From the NCBI GenBank assembly GCA_025360605.1, contig JANYBV010000047.1, forward strand, positions 2,857 to 66,856: a stretch of 64,000 nt of DNA. Reading direction: 5' to 3'. Below are positions 37,654-48,506 of the stretch, one piece after another; position 1 is the first letter of the stretch; each line of letters opens with the position of its first letter. The notes beneath the pieces are model-generated. The model made no database searches, had not been told where the DNA came from, and saw only the letters and a list, made by a program, of their open reading frames with translations. This DNA comes from Alphaproteobacteria bacterium. GTDB lineage: Bacteria > Pseudomonadota > Alphaproteobacteria > Rickettsiales > SXRF01. A program made the position numbers and the translations under genes.

Positions 37654-40499
37654 GCGGCCTTTTTCTTTTTTAACAACGGTGACAGGTATTTTCCGGTGAT
37701 GCTGTCTTTGACGCGCACAATATCTTCCGGTGTGCCGCTCGCGATTATATGCCCGCCCTTGTCGCCGCCGCCCGGACCAATGTCGATCACCCAGTCTGCT
37801 GTTTTAATCACATCAAGATTATGTTCGATGACCAGCATGGTGTTGCCGGAATCAACCAGCTTGTGCAATACGCCGAGTAGTTTGCGGATGTCGTCGCTGT
37901 GCAGGCCGGTGGTTGGTTCGTCCAAAATATAAAGCGTGCGTCCTGTGGCGCGTTTAGAGAGCTCCTTCGCCAGTTTGATACGCTGTGCCTCACCACCTGA
38001 TAAAGTGGTGGCGGACTGGCCAATGGCAATGTAGCCAAGCCCCACTTCCTGCATGGCGAGTAATTTCTCGCGGATGGAGGGTTGGGCGGAAAAGAACTGC
38101 ACGCCTTCATCCACCGTCATTTCCAGTACGTCGGCAATGGATTTATCCTTGTATTTGATTTCCAAGGTTTCGCGGTTGTAGCGCCGTCCGTGGCAAACAT
38201 CGCACTTCACATACACGTCGGGTAAAAAGTGCATCTCGATTTTGATCAGCCCGTCGCCTTGGCATGCCTCGCAGCGGCCACCTTTGACGTTGAACGAATA
38301 ACGCCCCGGCTGGTAGCCGCGCGCTTTCGATTCGGGAAGTCCGGTGAACCAGTCGCGGATAGGGGTGAATGCGCCGGTATAGGTGGCGGGGTTGGAACGC
38401 GGTGTGCGCCCGATGGGTGACTGGTCAATCTCGATGATCTTGTCGATATATTCTAAACCGGAAATCGAATCATGCGCCCCTGGAAGGTCGCGGCTGCCGT
38501 GCATCCGGCGGGCAATGGCTTTATATAAGGTTTCTATCACCAGCGTAGATTTCCCGCCGCCAGAGACACCCGTGACGCATGTAAATGTGCCAAGCGGAAT
38601 ATCAACGTTGAGGTTCTTGAGGTTGTTGGCATGGGCGTTGGTGATGATGATTTTTTTGGTTTTATGGATAGAGCGGCGCTCGTCGGGAACGGCGATAAAT
38701 TTGGCACCACTTAGATATTGTCCGGTGAGGCTTTTCTTGTCTTTCATCACTTGCTGGCACGTCCCTTGCGACACAATATGGCCGCCGTGGATGCCTGCGC
38801 CTGGCCCCATGTCGATCAGGTGGTCGGAAGCGCGCATGGTGTCTTCATCATGCTCAACGACGATCACCGTATTGCCGAGTTCGCACAGATGGCGCAGCGT
38901 GCCGAGCAGGCGTTCATTGTCGCACTGGTGCAAACCAATCGATGGTTCATCGAGTACATAGAGTACGCCTGAAAGGCCGGAGCCGATCTGCGAGGCGAGG
39001 CGGATACGTTGCGATTCACCGCCGGATAGCGTGCCGGATTCGCGCGAAAGCGTCAGGTAATCGAGGCCGACATTCATCAGGAACTGCAGACGCTCGCAGA
39101 TTTCCTTAAAGATTTTATCGGCGATGGCCTGATGCTTTTTCGAGAGTTTTTTGTTGAGGGTCTTGAACCATTCATGCGCACCGTCAATGGTCATCTGCGT
39201 GGTTTCGCCGATATGCTTGCCACCGACTTTGACACACAACGCTTCCGGTTTCAGGCGGAAACCATCGCACACTTCACACGGATGCTCGTTCATGAATTTG
39301 CCGAATTCCTCGCGGATGGTTTCGGATGTCAACTCGCGGTAGCGGCGTGCGAGGTTGGGGATGACACCTTCAAACGGTTTGTCGACGTTGAAGCTGCGCG
39401 AACCTTCATGGTAGCTCATGCGGATGGATTCGTCGCCCGAGCCGTGCAGGATGATGTCCTGAAACTTTTTCGGCAGGTCTTTGAACGGCGTGGTCATGCT
39501 GAAACGGTAATGGCGCGCAAGCGATTCCAGCGCGTCCTGATAAAAACGCATATTGCCCGCCCACGGCATTCCCGCCCATGGTGCGATGGCTTTATCCAGT
39601 AGTGATTTGCTGCGGTCGGGAACCACGAGCTGTTCGTCAAACTGGGCTTGCATCCCAAGGCCGTCGCAGGTCGGGCAGGCGCCGTAAGGGCTGTTGAACG
39701 AGAACAGGCGTGGTTCGATTTCTGCGAGTGTGAAACCCGATACAGGGCAGGCGAATTTGGAGGAAAACGTGATGCGTTCGCCGCCGACAATTTCTATCGC
39801 GATCAGGCCATCACTTAAACCGAGTGCGGTTTCAATGCTGTCGGGCAGGCGGTTGCCAAGTTCTTTATTCACCGTGATACGGTCGACGACCACTTCGATT
39901 TCGTGTTTTTTATTTTTATCGAGTGTTGGCAGGTCTGCCATTTCATAAATTTTGCCGTCTATCTTCAGGCGCTGGAAGCCTTTTTTCTTTAACGCCTCAA
40001 TCTCTTTACGGTACTCACCTTTATGTCCGCGCACGATCGGCGCGAGCAGATAGAGCTTGGTGCCCTCGGGCAATTCTAAAATACTGTCGACCATCTGCGA
40101 CACCGTCTGGCTTTCAATAGGAAGGCCGGTGGCAGGCGAGTAGGGGATGCCGACACGTGCATAAAGCAGGCGCATATAATCGTAGATTTCGGTGACGGTA
40201 CCAACGGTGGAGCGCGGGTTGCGCGAGGTGGTCTTCTGGTCGATGGCGATGGCGGGCGATAATCCGGTGATGGATTCAACATCCGGCTTGTCCTGAATGT
40301 TCAGGAACTGGCGGGCATACGAAGATAGACTCTCCACATAACGGCGTTGTCCCTCGGCATAAATGGTGTCGAACGCGAGCGAGGACTTGCCCGAACCGGA
40401 CGGGCCGGTGATAACCACTAACTGGTTGCGTGGGATATCCACGTCGATATTTTTTAAATTATGTTCTTTCGCACCGCGAATGCCGATAAAATCGTCCAT
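37650..40499 (-). CDS. uvrA: excinuclease ABC subunit A
   Basis: Motifs [39 protein letters not shown], two ABC modules, and zinc-finger Cys pairs. Start chosen at the ATG at 40499. Confidence 0.95.
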   Translation of the reverse strand: MDDFIGIRGAKEHNLKNIDVDIPRNQLVVITGPSGSGKSSLAFDTIYAEGQRRYVESLSSYARQFLNIQDKPDVESITGLSPAIAIDQKTTSRNPRSTVGTVTEIYDYMRLLYARVGIPYSPATGLPIESQTVSQMVDSILELPEGTKLYLLAPIVRGHKGEYRKEIEALKKKGFQRLKIDGKIYEMADLPTLDKNKKHEIEVVVDRITVNKELGNRLPDSIETALGLSDGLIAIEIVGGERITFSSKFACPVSGFTLAEIEPRLFSFNSPYGACPTCDGLGMQAQFDEQLVVPDRSKSLLDKAIAPWAGMPWAGNMRFYQDALESLARHYRFSMTTPFKDLPKKFQDIILHGSGDESIRMSYHEGSRSFNVDKPFEGVIPNLARRYRELTSETIREEFGKFMNEHPCEVCDGFRLKPEALCVKVGGKHIGETTQMTIDGAHEWFKTLNKKLSKKHQAIADKIFKEICERLQFLMNVGLDYLTLSRESGTLSGGESQRIRLASQIGSGLSGVLYVLDEPSIGLHQCDNERLLGTLRHLCELGNTVIVVEHDEDTMRASDHLIDMGPGAGIHGGHIVSQGTCQQVMKDKKSLTGQYLSGAKFIAVPDERRSIHKTKKIIITNAHANNLKNLNVDIPLGTFTCVTGVSGGGKSTLVIETLYKAIARRMHGSRDLPGAHDSISGLEYIDKIIEIDQSPIGRTPRSNPATYTGAFTPIRDWFTGLPESKARGYQPGRYSFNVKGGRCEACQGDGLIKIEMHFLPDVYVKCDVCHGRRYNRETLEIKYKDKSIADVLEMTVDEGVQFFSAQPSIREKLLAMQEVGLGYIAIGQSATTLSGGEAQRIKLAKELSKRATGRTLYILDEPTTGLHSDDIRKLLGVLHKLVDSGNTMLVIEHNLDVIKTADWVIDIGPGGGDKGGHIIASGTPEDIVRVKDSITGKYLSPLLKKKKAA

Positions 40500-40681
40500 A
40501 AAATCCTTCGTATAAAATGTAGGGCCTTCGTAAAAAATGTAAGGAAGGGAGTATAACGGCTCGCGCCGCAAGATACTAGGGCTTTTATCAAGGGTGAAAG
40601 CCGTGCTGCAATCTCTGCTTGAACAATTATTAATACCGACCTACATTGCAATCATCAAAAGTTAACATGAGGAGAATGGAT

Positions 40682-41167
40682 ATGGCAGGCAGCGTAAACA
40701 AGGTGATTCTGGTAGGCAATCTGGGTAAAGACCCTGAAATACGCTCCACTCAGGATGGCCGCGAGATTGCGTCATTCTCGCTTGCCACCTCGGAAAGCTG
40801 GAAAGACAAGAACTCCGGCGAGCGCAAAGAAAAAACCGAATGGCACAATGTCGTAATCTTCAATCCCCAGCTGGTGACCGTGGTAAAAAACTACGTCAAA
40901 AAAGGCGCGAAACTCTATGTTGAAGGTGCATTGCAGACCCGCAAATGGACCGATAAAGACGGCCATGACCGCTATTCCACCGAAGTAGTATTGCAGAATT
41001 TCAACGGCAACCTGACCATGCTCGACGGCAAATCCGGCGGTGGCGAAGCGCCTTCCTATGGCAGCAGCTCGTCCGGAAACAGCAATTACAGCAGCGGCTC
41101 CACCTTCGGCCAGACCTCGGCGCCTAAAGCGGCCAGCGAATTAATGGATGACGAGATTCCGTTTTAA
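40682..41167 (+). CDS. ssb: single-stranded DNA-binding protein
   Basis: N-terminus MAGSVNKVILVGNLGKDPE, an OB fold, a Gly/Ser-rich linker, and the acidic tail DDEIPF. Confidence 0.93.
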   Translation: MAGSVNKVILVGNLGKDPEIRSTQDGREIASFSLATSESWKDKNSGERKEKTEWHNVVIFNPQLVTVVKNYVKKGAKLYVEGALQTRKWTDKDGHDRYSTEVVLQNFNGNLTMLDGKSGGGEAPSYGSSSSGNSNYSSGSTFGQTSAPKAASELMDDEIPF

Positions 41168-41188
41168 TAACGGCACGTCACCGATTCT

Positions 41189-41965
41189 GTGAGTCGTTTA
41201 TTTGACCGCACTACGCTACTCATCGTTATAAGCGCCCTTACGGTCGTCGGGCTGACACTGTTTCCTGCTACAAAGGAAATGTTTCCGTTCTGGGTGATTG
41301 CACGCGGGGTGTTTGTCGCGGATGCGCTGTTCCATGAAATGGGGCACACCATTTTTTACTGGCTCTTTGGGCACGTCGCTATTCCGATGATTTTTACCCT
41401 TTTTGGTTCCGATCAGGCGGGTGGCATGTCCATGGCGATGGGGCGTAACTGGTTTCTGCAACTCCTTGTATTTGCCGCTCTTGCGTATGGGGTATACTGG
41501 GTAAAGGAAAACTGGCGTGGGCTGCTTATTCCCTATTGTCTGTTTAGTGTGCTGGTTACTGTAGCGGCATTCACCAAATATACCGACGTGGTGATTGCTT
41601 ATATGGGGCACGGCGGCTCGATTGCCATGGGTGGTTTTTTCCTGTTTAGGGCGTGGATTTACCTTGATGCCCGCAATACTTATGAACGCTGGTTGAATGC
41701 GTTTTTTGGGTTTTACCTGACTCTCAGCAACATGGTGTTCAGCTATGGGCTTGCCTTTAATACGGATGCGCGGGGTGATTACAGTAGCCACCTTGCCTTT
41801 GGGGCGGGCCATAATGATTTCTGGAATATTGCAATGCTAATACCCAGCTGGAGCGTCAAAGGGATTGCCATTTTTACCATAGGTTACGGTGTGGCCATGA
41901 TCATAGGATCGTGCATAGCCGCAGCGTTCCTTGATGATTATTTTGAAGATTCTAAAGACCTCTGA
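41189..41965 (+). CDS. polytopic membrane protein with HExxH motif (possible metalloprotease)
   Basis: 258-aa ORF with several TM segments and the motif FHEMGH. Confidence 0.45.
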   Translation: MSRLFDRTTLLIVISALTVVGLTLFPATKEMFPFWVIARGVFVADALFHEMGHTIFYWLFGHVAIPMIFTLFGSDQAGGMSMAMGRNWFLQLLVFAALAYGVYWVKENWRGLLIPYCLFSVLVTVAAFTKYTDVVIAYMGHGGSIAMGGFFLFRAWIYLDARNTYERWLNAFFGFYLTLSNMVFSYGLAFNTDARGDYSSHLAFGAGHNDFWNIAMLIPSWSVKGIAIFTIGYGVAMIIGSCIAAAFLDDYFEDSKDL

Positions 41966-41971
41966 ACGCGC

Positions 41972-42658
41972 TTAGTCGCGTGGGAGCTGGCGGCGTTTGC
42001 GGTCGGGACGAACTTTGCGCTTCTGCTTGAAATCCGCCATGCGCTGAATCACATAATCGTTCACCACATTGCCCATTTCTTCTTCCACACCACGGTAATA
42101 ATGATCCGCTCCGGCAATCGGGCGGTATTCCAGCTGATTGCCCAGCTTGGTGGCCAGTTTGGCTACGGCTTCTTCATTGACCACATCATCCTTGTCGCCT
42201 TGGGTAATCAAACCTGCAGCAGGGCATGGGGACAGGAACGAGAAATCATAGAGGTTGGCAGGTGGCGACACGGCCACAAATCCCTCAATCTCAGGGCGGC
42301 GCATCAGTAGTTGCAGCGCAATCCACGCACCAAAGGAAAAACCGGCGATCCAGCAGGTGGGGGCGTCAGGATTTTGTAATTGCAGCCAGTCGAGTGCGGT
42401 TGCTGCATCGGTTAGCTCGCCAATACCTTCATCATATTTGCCCTGCGATTTGCCGACACCACGGAAATTGAAACGCAGCACCGAAAAACCGTTCTGGGCA
42501 AAGATGTGGTACAGGCGGTAGACGATCTTGTTGTTCATCGTTCCGCCGTATAACGGATGCGGATGCAGGATCAGCACCACCGGTGCGCCTTTTTGTTCGC
42601 TATGCTGGTAACGTCCTTCGATACGGCCTTCAGAGCCGTTTATAATGATTTCAGGCAT
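41972..42658 (-). CDS. alpha/beta-fold hydrolase
   Basis: Nucleophile elbow AGFSFGAW, and overall similarity to short serine hydrolases. Confidence 0.7.
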   Translation of the reverse strand: MPEIIINGSEGRIEGRYQHSEQKGAPVVLILHPHPLYGGTMNNKIVYRLYHIFAQNGFSVLRFNFRGVGKSQGKYDEGIGELTDAATALDWLQLQNPDAPTCWIAGFSFGAWIALQLLMRRPEIEGFVAVSPPANLYDFSFLSPCPAAGLITQGDKDDVVNEEAVAKLATKLGNQLEYRPIAGADHYYRGVEEEMGNVVNDYVIQRMADFKQKRKVRPDRKRRQLPRD

Positions 42659-42786
42659 TCAGTTTTACTCCGGTAGCCAATCGTTAAAGGGTGCCCTTGC
42701 AAGGAAACGGATCGCCATGACAAGAGGATATTGATTGGCAATAAGTTTTATACTACGTTCGTGCTTTATATTGAATAGTAGGTACA

Positions 42787-43488
42787 ATGTTCAAGAGAAT
42801 AGTGAATGACATCGATTCTGTCCTCGCCAGAGACCCCGCTGCGCGGTCGCGTCTGGAAGTGATTTTATGCTATCCTGGCGTTCACGCCATGATATTCCAT
42901 AGAATATCCAACTGGTTGTGGGGGAAGGGCTGGAAAATCAGCGGCCGCTTCGTATCCTATCTCAGCCGTTTCCTGACTGGCATTGAAATCCACCCAGGGG
43001 CGATGATCGGCAACCGCTTCTTCATTGACCATGGTATGGGCGTGGTGATCGGTGAAACCGCAAAGATCGGCGATGATGTTACCATTTACCACGACGTAAC
43101 CCTCGGCGGGACCTCACTTACCAAGGGAATTCGCCATCCGCAGATTGGCAATAATGTCATTATCGGTGCGGGTGCGCAGTTGCTGGGGCCTATCCATGTC
43201 GGTGATAATGCCCGCGTCGGCTCGAATGCTGTCGTCATCAAAGATGTACAAAAAGAAACTACCGTGGTAGGGATTCCGGCGCGTCCGGTGGCGGCTAAGG
43301 TGCCTAGGGACGAGAATGAACAGGCCTTTAAAGCCTACGGCACGCCGCAAGACGATGAAACGGATCCATTGGCGGTTATGCTTAATAAAATACGCAATGA
43401 TATGGCGAATTTGCAGATGCGCGTCACCGAGCTGGAACTGGAAAACAGCGAGCTGATCCACAGCGCGAGGAAATGGGAAAACAAATAA
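42787..43488 (+). CDS. cysE: serine O-acetyltransferase
   Basis: Motifs DPAARS...YPG..A...HR..H and hexapeptide repeats GIEIHPGA...GVVIGETA. Confidence 0.9.
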   Translation: MFKRIVNDIDSVLARDPAARSRLEVILCYPGVHAMIFHRISNWLWGKGWKISGRFVSYLSRFLTGIEIHPGAMIGNRFFIDHGMGVVIGETAKIGDDVTIYHDVTLGGTSLTKGIRHPQIGNNVIIGAGAQLLGPIHVGDNARVGSNAVVIKDVQKETTVVGIPARPVAAKVPRDENEQAFKAYGTPQDDETDPLAVMLNKIRNDMANLQMRVTELELENSELIHSARKWENK

Positions 43489-43593
43489 GATCAAATCAAA
43501 TCTCGGCTGCGCCTGCGATTTAATTTGGGGAAGTGGAAGAAAAATGGCTTAAGGCGGCTTCGCGCCATTTTTAATTTTTTATATAGGTATACA

Positions 43594-44067
43594 ATGATTT
43601 TAGGGTCTAAAGCACGGTATGCGGTGATGGCGATGGTGGAGCTGGCGGGCCATGACGACGGCAAGCCCGTCACGCTGGCGCAACTGGCCGAAAAACAGGA
43701 ATTCACCGTACCGTACCTTGAACAGATTTTCCGCAAGCTCAAGCAGCATGAGCTGGTGAAGTCTGTGCGCGGCCCCGGTGGTGGTTATGTGCTGGGAAAA
43801 CCCGCCCATTTGCTGCGCGTTTCCGAGATTGTGATTGCGGTGGAAGAATCCCTGAAAATGACACGCTGCGACAACCAGCACAAAAAAACCGGATGTATGG
43901 CCAGCGGTACCCAGTGCCTGACTCATGATTTATGGGACGGGCTGGAGCAGCAGATTTACTCGTATCTCGACGGGATTACACTGGCAGCCGTACTGAAGAA
44001 AAAAGGCATTAAAAACTGGAACTTCGGGATTAAAGAAGGCCAGCCGTCACTCATGCCGCACGCCTGA
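43594..44067 (+). CDS. iscR: Rrf2-family regulator (IscR-like)
   Basis: MILGSKARYAVMAMVELA...VPYLEQIFRKLK...VRGPGGGYVL with three Cys in the C-terminal half. It sits at the head of the isc cluster. Confidence 0.85.
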   Translation: MILGSKARYAVMAMVELAGHDDGKPVTLAQLAEKQEFTVPYLEQIFRKLKQHELVKSVRGPGGGYVLGKPAHLLRVSEIVIAVEESLKMTRCDNQHKKTGCMASGTQCLTHDLWDGLEQQIYSYLDGITLAAVLKKKGIKNWNFGIKEGQPSLMPHA

Positions 44068-44072
44068 TTCCC

Positions 44073-45170
44073 ATGCCCGCCTATCTTGATTATAATGCCA
44101 CGGCCCCACAGCGTTTTGAGGTGATTGCCCGCATGCAGGCGTTGCAGGTGGAGCCGCTGAACCCGTCTTCGGTGCATGCTTACGGGCGCGAGGCCAAAAA
44201 ACACCTCGAGCAGTCGCGCAAAGCCATCGCCGATATTATTGCCGCATGGCCGAATGAAATTATTTTCACCGCCTCGGGAACCGAAGCCAACGCTATGGCC
44301 CTGCGCGGTTTTTCTGGCCGCCGCGTGCTGGTGTCGGCCATCGAACATAGTTCGGTGCTGAAGGCACGAAACGATGTAACGCCCATTCCGGTGGATGCGC
44401 GCGGGATTGTCGATATGGCGGCGCTGGACGCACTTTTATCGGAAAGCACCACACCTGCGCTGGTGTCGGTGATGCTGGCCAACAATGAAACCGGCGTAAT
44501 TCAGCCCATCCGCGAAGTGGCGGAATTATGCAAAAAGCATAGCGCTCTGCTACACTGCGACGCGGTACAGGGCGTGGGCAAAATTCCGGTCGATTTTGGT
44601 GTGTTGCAAGCTGATATGATGACCATTTCAGCCCATAAATGCGGTGGCCCGCTGGGCGCGGCGGCATTGGTTTTACGCCGTGACCTTGCCATTGCACCGC
44701 TGATTACCGGCGGCGGGCAGGAAACCGGACGGCGCTCGGGCACCGAAAATGTGGGCGCCATTGCCGGTTTTGCCGTGGCGATGGAATGTGCGGCGAACCG
44801 CGAGCATATGCGCGGATTGCGCCAGTGGCTTGATGTGATGGAGCTGGAAATGCTGGCGCAGGGCGGGGTGGTGTTTGGCACCAAAGCCCCTAGGTTGCCC
44901 AATACCACCTGCGTGGCGATGCCTTCGGTGTCAAACGAGGTGCAACTGATGGATTTCGACCTCAAAGGATTTGCCGTAAGTGCCGGATCTGCCTGCTCTT
45001 CGGGGCGCATTGAGCGTTCATATGTGCTTGCCGCCATGGGGGTGGATAAAGACATCGTGGGATCGGCCATACGCGTGTCGGCAGGCTGGCAGACCACGCA
45101 AAATGACATTATAATGTTTACAGAATGCTGGAAACAGACGCATAGCCGCTTGAATAAAGCCCCAAAATAG
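44073..45170 (+). CDS. class V aminotransferase / NifS-like cysteine desulfurase
   Basis: YLDYNATAP..., the PLP lysine context SAHKCGGP, and the active-site SAGSACSSG. Confidence 0.85.
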   Translation: MPAYLDYNATAPQRFEVIARMQALQVEPLNPSSVHAYGREAKKHLEQSRKAIADIIAAWPNEIIFTASGTEANAMALRGFSGRRVLVSAIEHSSVLKARNDVTPIPVDARGIVDMAALDALLSESTTPALVSVMLANNETGVIQPIREVAELCKKHSALLHCDAVQGVGKIPVDFGVLQADMMTISAHKCGGPLGAAALVLRRDLAIAPLITGGGQETGRRSGTENVGAIAGFAVAMECAANREHMRGLRQWLDVMELEMLAQGGVVFGTKAPRLPNTTCVAMPSVSNEVQLMDFDLKGFAVSAGSACSSGRIERSYVLAAMGVDKDIVGSAIRVSAGWQTTQNDIIMFTECWKQTHSRLNKAPK

Positions 45171-45300
45171 GCTAGCTAAAGGGGCTCGGGAGTAGTTGAT
45201 TAAGTTAGTAGGGTATATTATAATACCCTGCCTCAGATCATGAAAACGACTAATTTATGGCGATTAAATATCGCAAACATTTGAAATAACTAGAAAATAT

Positions 45301-46515
45301 ATGATAAAAAAACCTGTCTATCTCGATTATCAGGCAACTACGCCGCTGGATCCACGTGTGCTGGAAAAAATGATGCCGTATTTTACCGAAAAATTCGGAA
45401 ATCCGCACTCGCGCAGCCATGCCTATGGCTGGGAAACCGAGGCTGCATGCGACCTTGCGCGTGAACAGGTGGCATCCCTGATTGGTGCGACGGAAAAAGA
45501 AATCATATTCACATCGGGTGCAACCGAGTCCAACAACATTGCTATCAAAGGCGTGGCGCATTTTTACAAGGATAAAAAAAACCACATCATCACCCCTGTG
45601 ACCGAGCATAAATGCGTGCTGGATTCATGCCGCCATCTGGAAGAGGAAGGGTTTGAAGTCACCTACCTGAGCGTGAAAGCCAACGGCCTGATTGATCTGG
45701 ACGCGCTGCGTGCGGCGATAAAGCCCAACACCCTGATGGTGTCGGTGATGGCCGTAAATAATGAAATTGGTGTCATCCAGCCTCTGGCCGAGATTGGCAA
45801 AATCTGCCGCGAACATGACGTGTTTTTCCACACCGATGCCGCGCAGGGTTTTGGTAAGATTCCGCTCGACGTGGAAGCCATGAACATCGACCTGATGAGC
45901 ATTTCAGGCCATAAAATTTACGGGCCGAAGGGCATAGGTGCGCTGTATGTGCGCCGCCGCCCGCGCGTGCGTCTGGAAGCCTTGTTTTCCGGTGGCGGGC
46001 AGGAACGCGGTTTCCGCTCCGGAACCCTGCCAACCCCGCTGGTGGTGGGTTTGGGTGAAGCCGCTGCGATTGCGAAGGCGGAAATGGGTAAGGATGCCGA
46101 ACACGCCCGCAAGCTCTATAATAAATTTATGACCCAACTGCTCGAAGGCGTGAAGGACGTGGTGCTGAACGGTGATCGCGAAGCGCGTTGGTGTGGCAAT
46201 ATCAATTTAAGTTTTGCCTATGTTGAAGGCGAATCGATGATTATGGCGATTAAAGACCTTGCTGTGTCGTCCGGTTCGGCCTGCACGAGTGCATCGCTTG
46301 AGCCGTCTTACGTGCTGCGTAGTTTAGGTGTAAGCGAAGACATGGCGCATACCTCGATCCGTTTCGGCGTGGGGCGTTTTACCACCGAAGAAGAAGTGGA
46401 TTTCGCTATCGACCTGATTAAAAATTCCATCGACAAACTGCGCCAGATGAGCCCGCTATGGGAAATGGTGCAGGAAGGGGTGGATTTATCGAAGATTGAA
46501 TGGGCGGGGCACTGA
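45301..46515 (+). CDS. iscS: cysteine desulfurase IscS
   Basis: [39 protein letters not shown], and the C-terminal IEWAGH. Confidence 0.93.
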   Translation: MIKKPVYLDYQATTPLDPRVLEKMMPYFTEKFGNPHSRSHAYGWETEAACDLAREQVASLIGATEKEIIFTSGATESNNIAIKGVAHFYKDKKNHIITPVTEHKCVLDSCRHLEEEGFEVTYLSVKANGLIDLDALRAAIKPNTLMVSVMAVNNEIGVIQPLAEIGKICREHDVFFHTDAAQGFGKIPLDVEAMNIDLMSISGHKIYGPKGIGALYVRRRPRVRLEALFSGGGQERGFRSGTLPTPLVVGLGEAAAIAKAEMGKDAEHARKLYNKFMTQLLEGVKDVVLNGDREARWCGNINLSFAYVEGESMIMAIKDLAVSSGSACTSASLEPSYVLRSLGVSEDMAHTSIRFGVGRFTTEEEVDFAIDLIKNSIDKLRQMSPLWEMVQEGVDLSKIEWAGH

Positions 46516-46517
46516 CC

Positions 46518-46862
46518 ATGAGCGAGCGTTTTGAGCTGGAGCAAAACCTCAACAGGATCTGTAATGATTTGCAGGCTAATATGGGTAATGCCGCCCTTGT
46601 TCACATGGTGGGAAAAGCAGCTGGGCTTAGTATGGCTCTCGACCCTAAAACAAATGAGCCGCGCAGCATGTCTTCGGCGCGTGAACTGACCGCCAGATTT
46701 CTGGAAGAAACAAGGTCAGAGTTGCGTGCGGCGGGCTGCTACAAGTTTGAAGAAAAAGATCCTCCGTATTTTGAATTGGTTGATCGCGTAATGGAAAAAG
46801 CTGTCGAGTATAAGGCGTCGTTTCGAAACGATCCTAATACCGGAATAGAACATAATTTATAA
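46518..46862 (+). CDS. hypothetical protein inserted in the isc cluster
   Basis: 114-aa ORF with its ATG 2 nt after the iscS stop. No known motif. Confidence 0.4.
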   Translation: MSERFELEQNLNRICNDLQANMGNAALVHMVGKAAGLSMALDPKTNEPRSMSSARELTARFLEETRSELRAAGCYKFEEKDPPYFELVDRVMEKAVEYKASFRNDPNTGIEHNL

Positions 46863-46879
46863 TAGTACATGGTGAAATA

Positions 46880-47188
46880 ATGCCTGATTCCACCCGACGT
46901 GAAGATGCGATTAAGGATGCCTCGGAGAAATTTCGTCTGGTATTTGAACGTGAGGAAATGCAAACACTGGAGGCACTATTTGAGCCCAAGGTTGTAGAAG
47001 GTGCGTTAAAGACACTTGCTACTCTTGCAATTGATAGGGAGTTCTCGATTAATGCAGGAGAAAGCAAACGCGATAGTTCCGATATTGATTTCAGGGATGA
47101 TGCGCAGGTAAAGGCAGCGTTGCTGCAGATGTTTAAAAGACGGATAACCGTCGGCCAGAGCATGGGTGAAGGCCGAGTGAATAGCTAA
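46880..47188 (+). CDS. hypothetical protein inserted in the isc cluster
   Basis: 102-aa ORF with no known motif. Confidence 0.4.
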   Translation: MPDSTRREDAIKDASEKFRLVFEREEMQTLEALFEPKVVEGALKTLATLAIDREFSINAGESKRDSSDIDFRDDAQVKAALLQMFKRRITVGQSMGEGRVNS

Positions 47189-47226
47189 CGAAGGCGGATG
47201 ACCGCCTTCGCATAAGGAGAAGTGAT

Positions 47227-47634
47227 ATGGCTTATAGTGAAAAATTGCTCGACCACTACGAAAACCCACGCAACGTGGGCAGTATGTCGAAAGACGATAA
47301 CGATGTCGGCACAGGGCTGGTCGGCGCACCGGCGTGTGGTGATGTGATGAAATTGCAGATCAAGGTCAACCCTGATACGGGAATGATCGAGGATGCCAAG
47401 TTTAAAACCTTTGGTTGTGGCTCGGCGATTGCGTCCTCCTCACTCGTGACCGAATGGGTGAAAGGTAAAACGCTCGATGAAGCGCAATCGATCAAAAATA
47501 CCGAAATTGCCCAGCATTTGTCGCTGCCTCCGGTAAAAATCCACTGCTCCGTGCTGGCGGAAGATGCGATCAAGGCGGCGATTGCCGACTACCGCGCGAA
47601 ACACGGAACCGACATCAAAAAGGATGCTGCATAA
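47227..47634 (+). CDS. iscU: Fe-S cluster scaffold IscU
   Basis: YSEKLLDHYENPRNVG, GAPACGDVM, FGCGSAIASSS, and PPVKIHCS. Confidence 0.93.
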   Translation: MAYSEKLLDHYENPRNVGSMSKDDNDVGTGLVGAPACGDVMKLQIKVNPDTGMIEDAKFKTFGCGSAIASSSLVTEWVKGKTLDEAQSIKNTEIAQHLSLPPVKIHCSVLAEDAIKAAIADYRAKHGTDIKKDAA

Positions 47635-47646
47635 GCATAATACTCT

Positions 47647-47982
47647 ATGGCTGCTCCTGTTTTATCGATATCCGATGCTGCTGTTGCCCGTATTGTCCAG
47701 TTATTGGAAAAGCGCGGCAAACCTTCGGCTGGCATCAAAATAAGCATCCGCACCCGCGGTTGTTCAGGGCTGTCTTACGCGGTGGAGTATGCCGACGAGG
47801 TGAGTAAATTCGATGAAATTGTTGAAAAAAACGGTGTGCGCGTCCTCATCGACCCCAAGGCAGTGATGTTCCTCATCGGCACCGAAATGGATTATGTCGA
47901 AGAAAAGCTAAAAAGCGGTTTTGTCTTTGTAAACCCGAATGAAAAGGGTCGTTGCGGCTGTGGTGAAAGCTTCCACGTCTAA
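47647..47982 (+). CDS. iscA: A-type Fe-S carrier (IscA/ErpA)
   Basis: RGCSGLSY and the C-terminal GCGCGESF. Confidence 0.9.
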   Translation: MAAPVLSISDAAVARIVQLLEKRGKPSAGIKISIRTRGCSGLSYAVEYADEVSKFDEIVEKNGVRVLIDPKAVMFLIGTEMDYVEEKLKSGFVFVNPNEKGRCGCGESFHV

Positions 47983-48506
47983 TGTCCACACCTGACTATT
48001 TTTCCCTGCTGAATATTGCCCCTTCTTTCGAAATCGACCCCAAGGCACTGGAAACTGCTTATTTCGCCCAGCAACGCCTCTACCATCCCGACCGTTTTGT
48101 CAAAAAAAGCCCCGAAGACAGGCAGGCCGCGCTTTTGCGCTCGGTAGAGATCAACGCCGCCTACGAAACCCTCAAAAAACCGCTCACCCGCGCACAATAT
48201 TTGTTGCATTTGCAGGGGATTGAGGTAGGCACAGAAAGTGATACGGTCAAGCCATCCGGCCAGCTGCTGATGGAGACCATGCAATGGCGCGAGGCGATTG
48301 ATGAAGCCGATGCCCCCGAATTACTGGAAGAGTTGGATAACTTGCTGAACACACTTGCCACAAAAACAACGACGGCCATGGCGGCGTGCTTTCGGGCGGC
48401 CGAGTGGCAGGCAATGGCACAGGAAACCCTGCGGCTGGGCTACGTCAGCAAAGCGCAGGAAGCCCTTGCGGCGCGGCGCAAACGCCTGAAAACAAGGTCC
48501 GCATGA
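47982..48506 (+). CDS. hscB: co-chaperone HscB
   Basis: J-domain with LYHPDRF and operon position. Confidence 0.85.
   Translation: MSTPDYFSLLNIAPSFEIDPKALETAYFAQQRLYHPDRFVKKSPEDRQAALLRSVEINAAYETLKKPLTRAQYLLHLQGIEVGTESDTVKPSGQLLMETMQWREAIDEADAPELLEELDNLLNTLATKTTTAMAACFRAAEWQAMAQETLRLGYVSKAQEALAARRKRLKTRSA

Noticed and set aside
43551-43580. A possible intrinsic terminator after cysE (GGCG-GCTTCG-CGCC followed by a T-rich run).
   Set aside because: The stem is only 4 bp, which is too weak to annotate with confidence.
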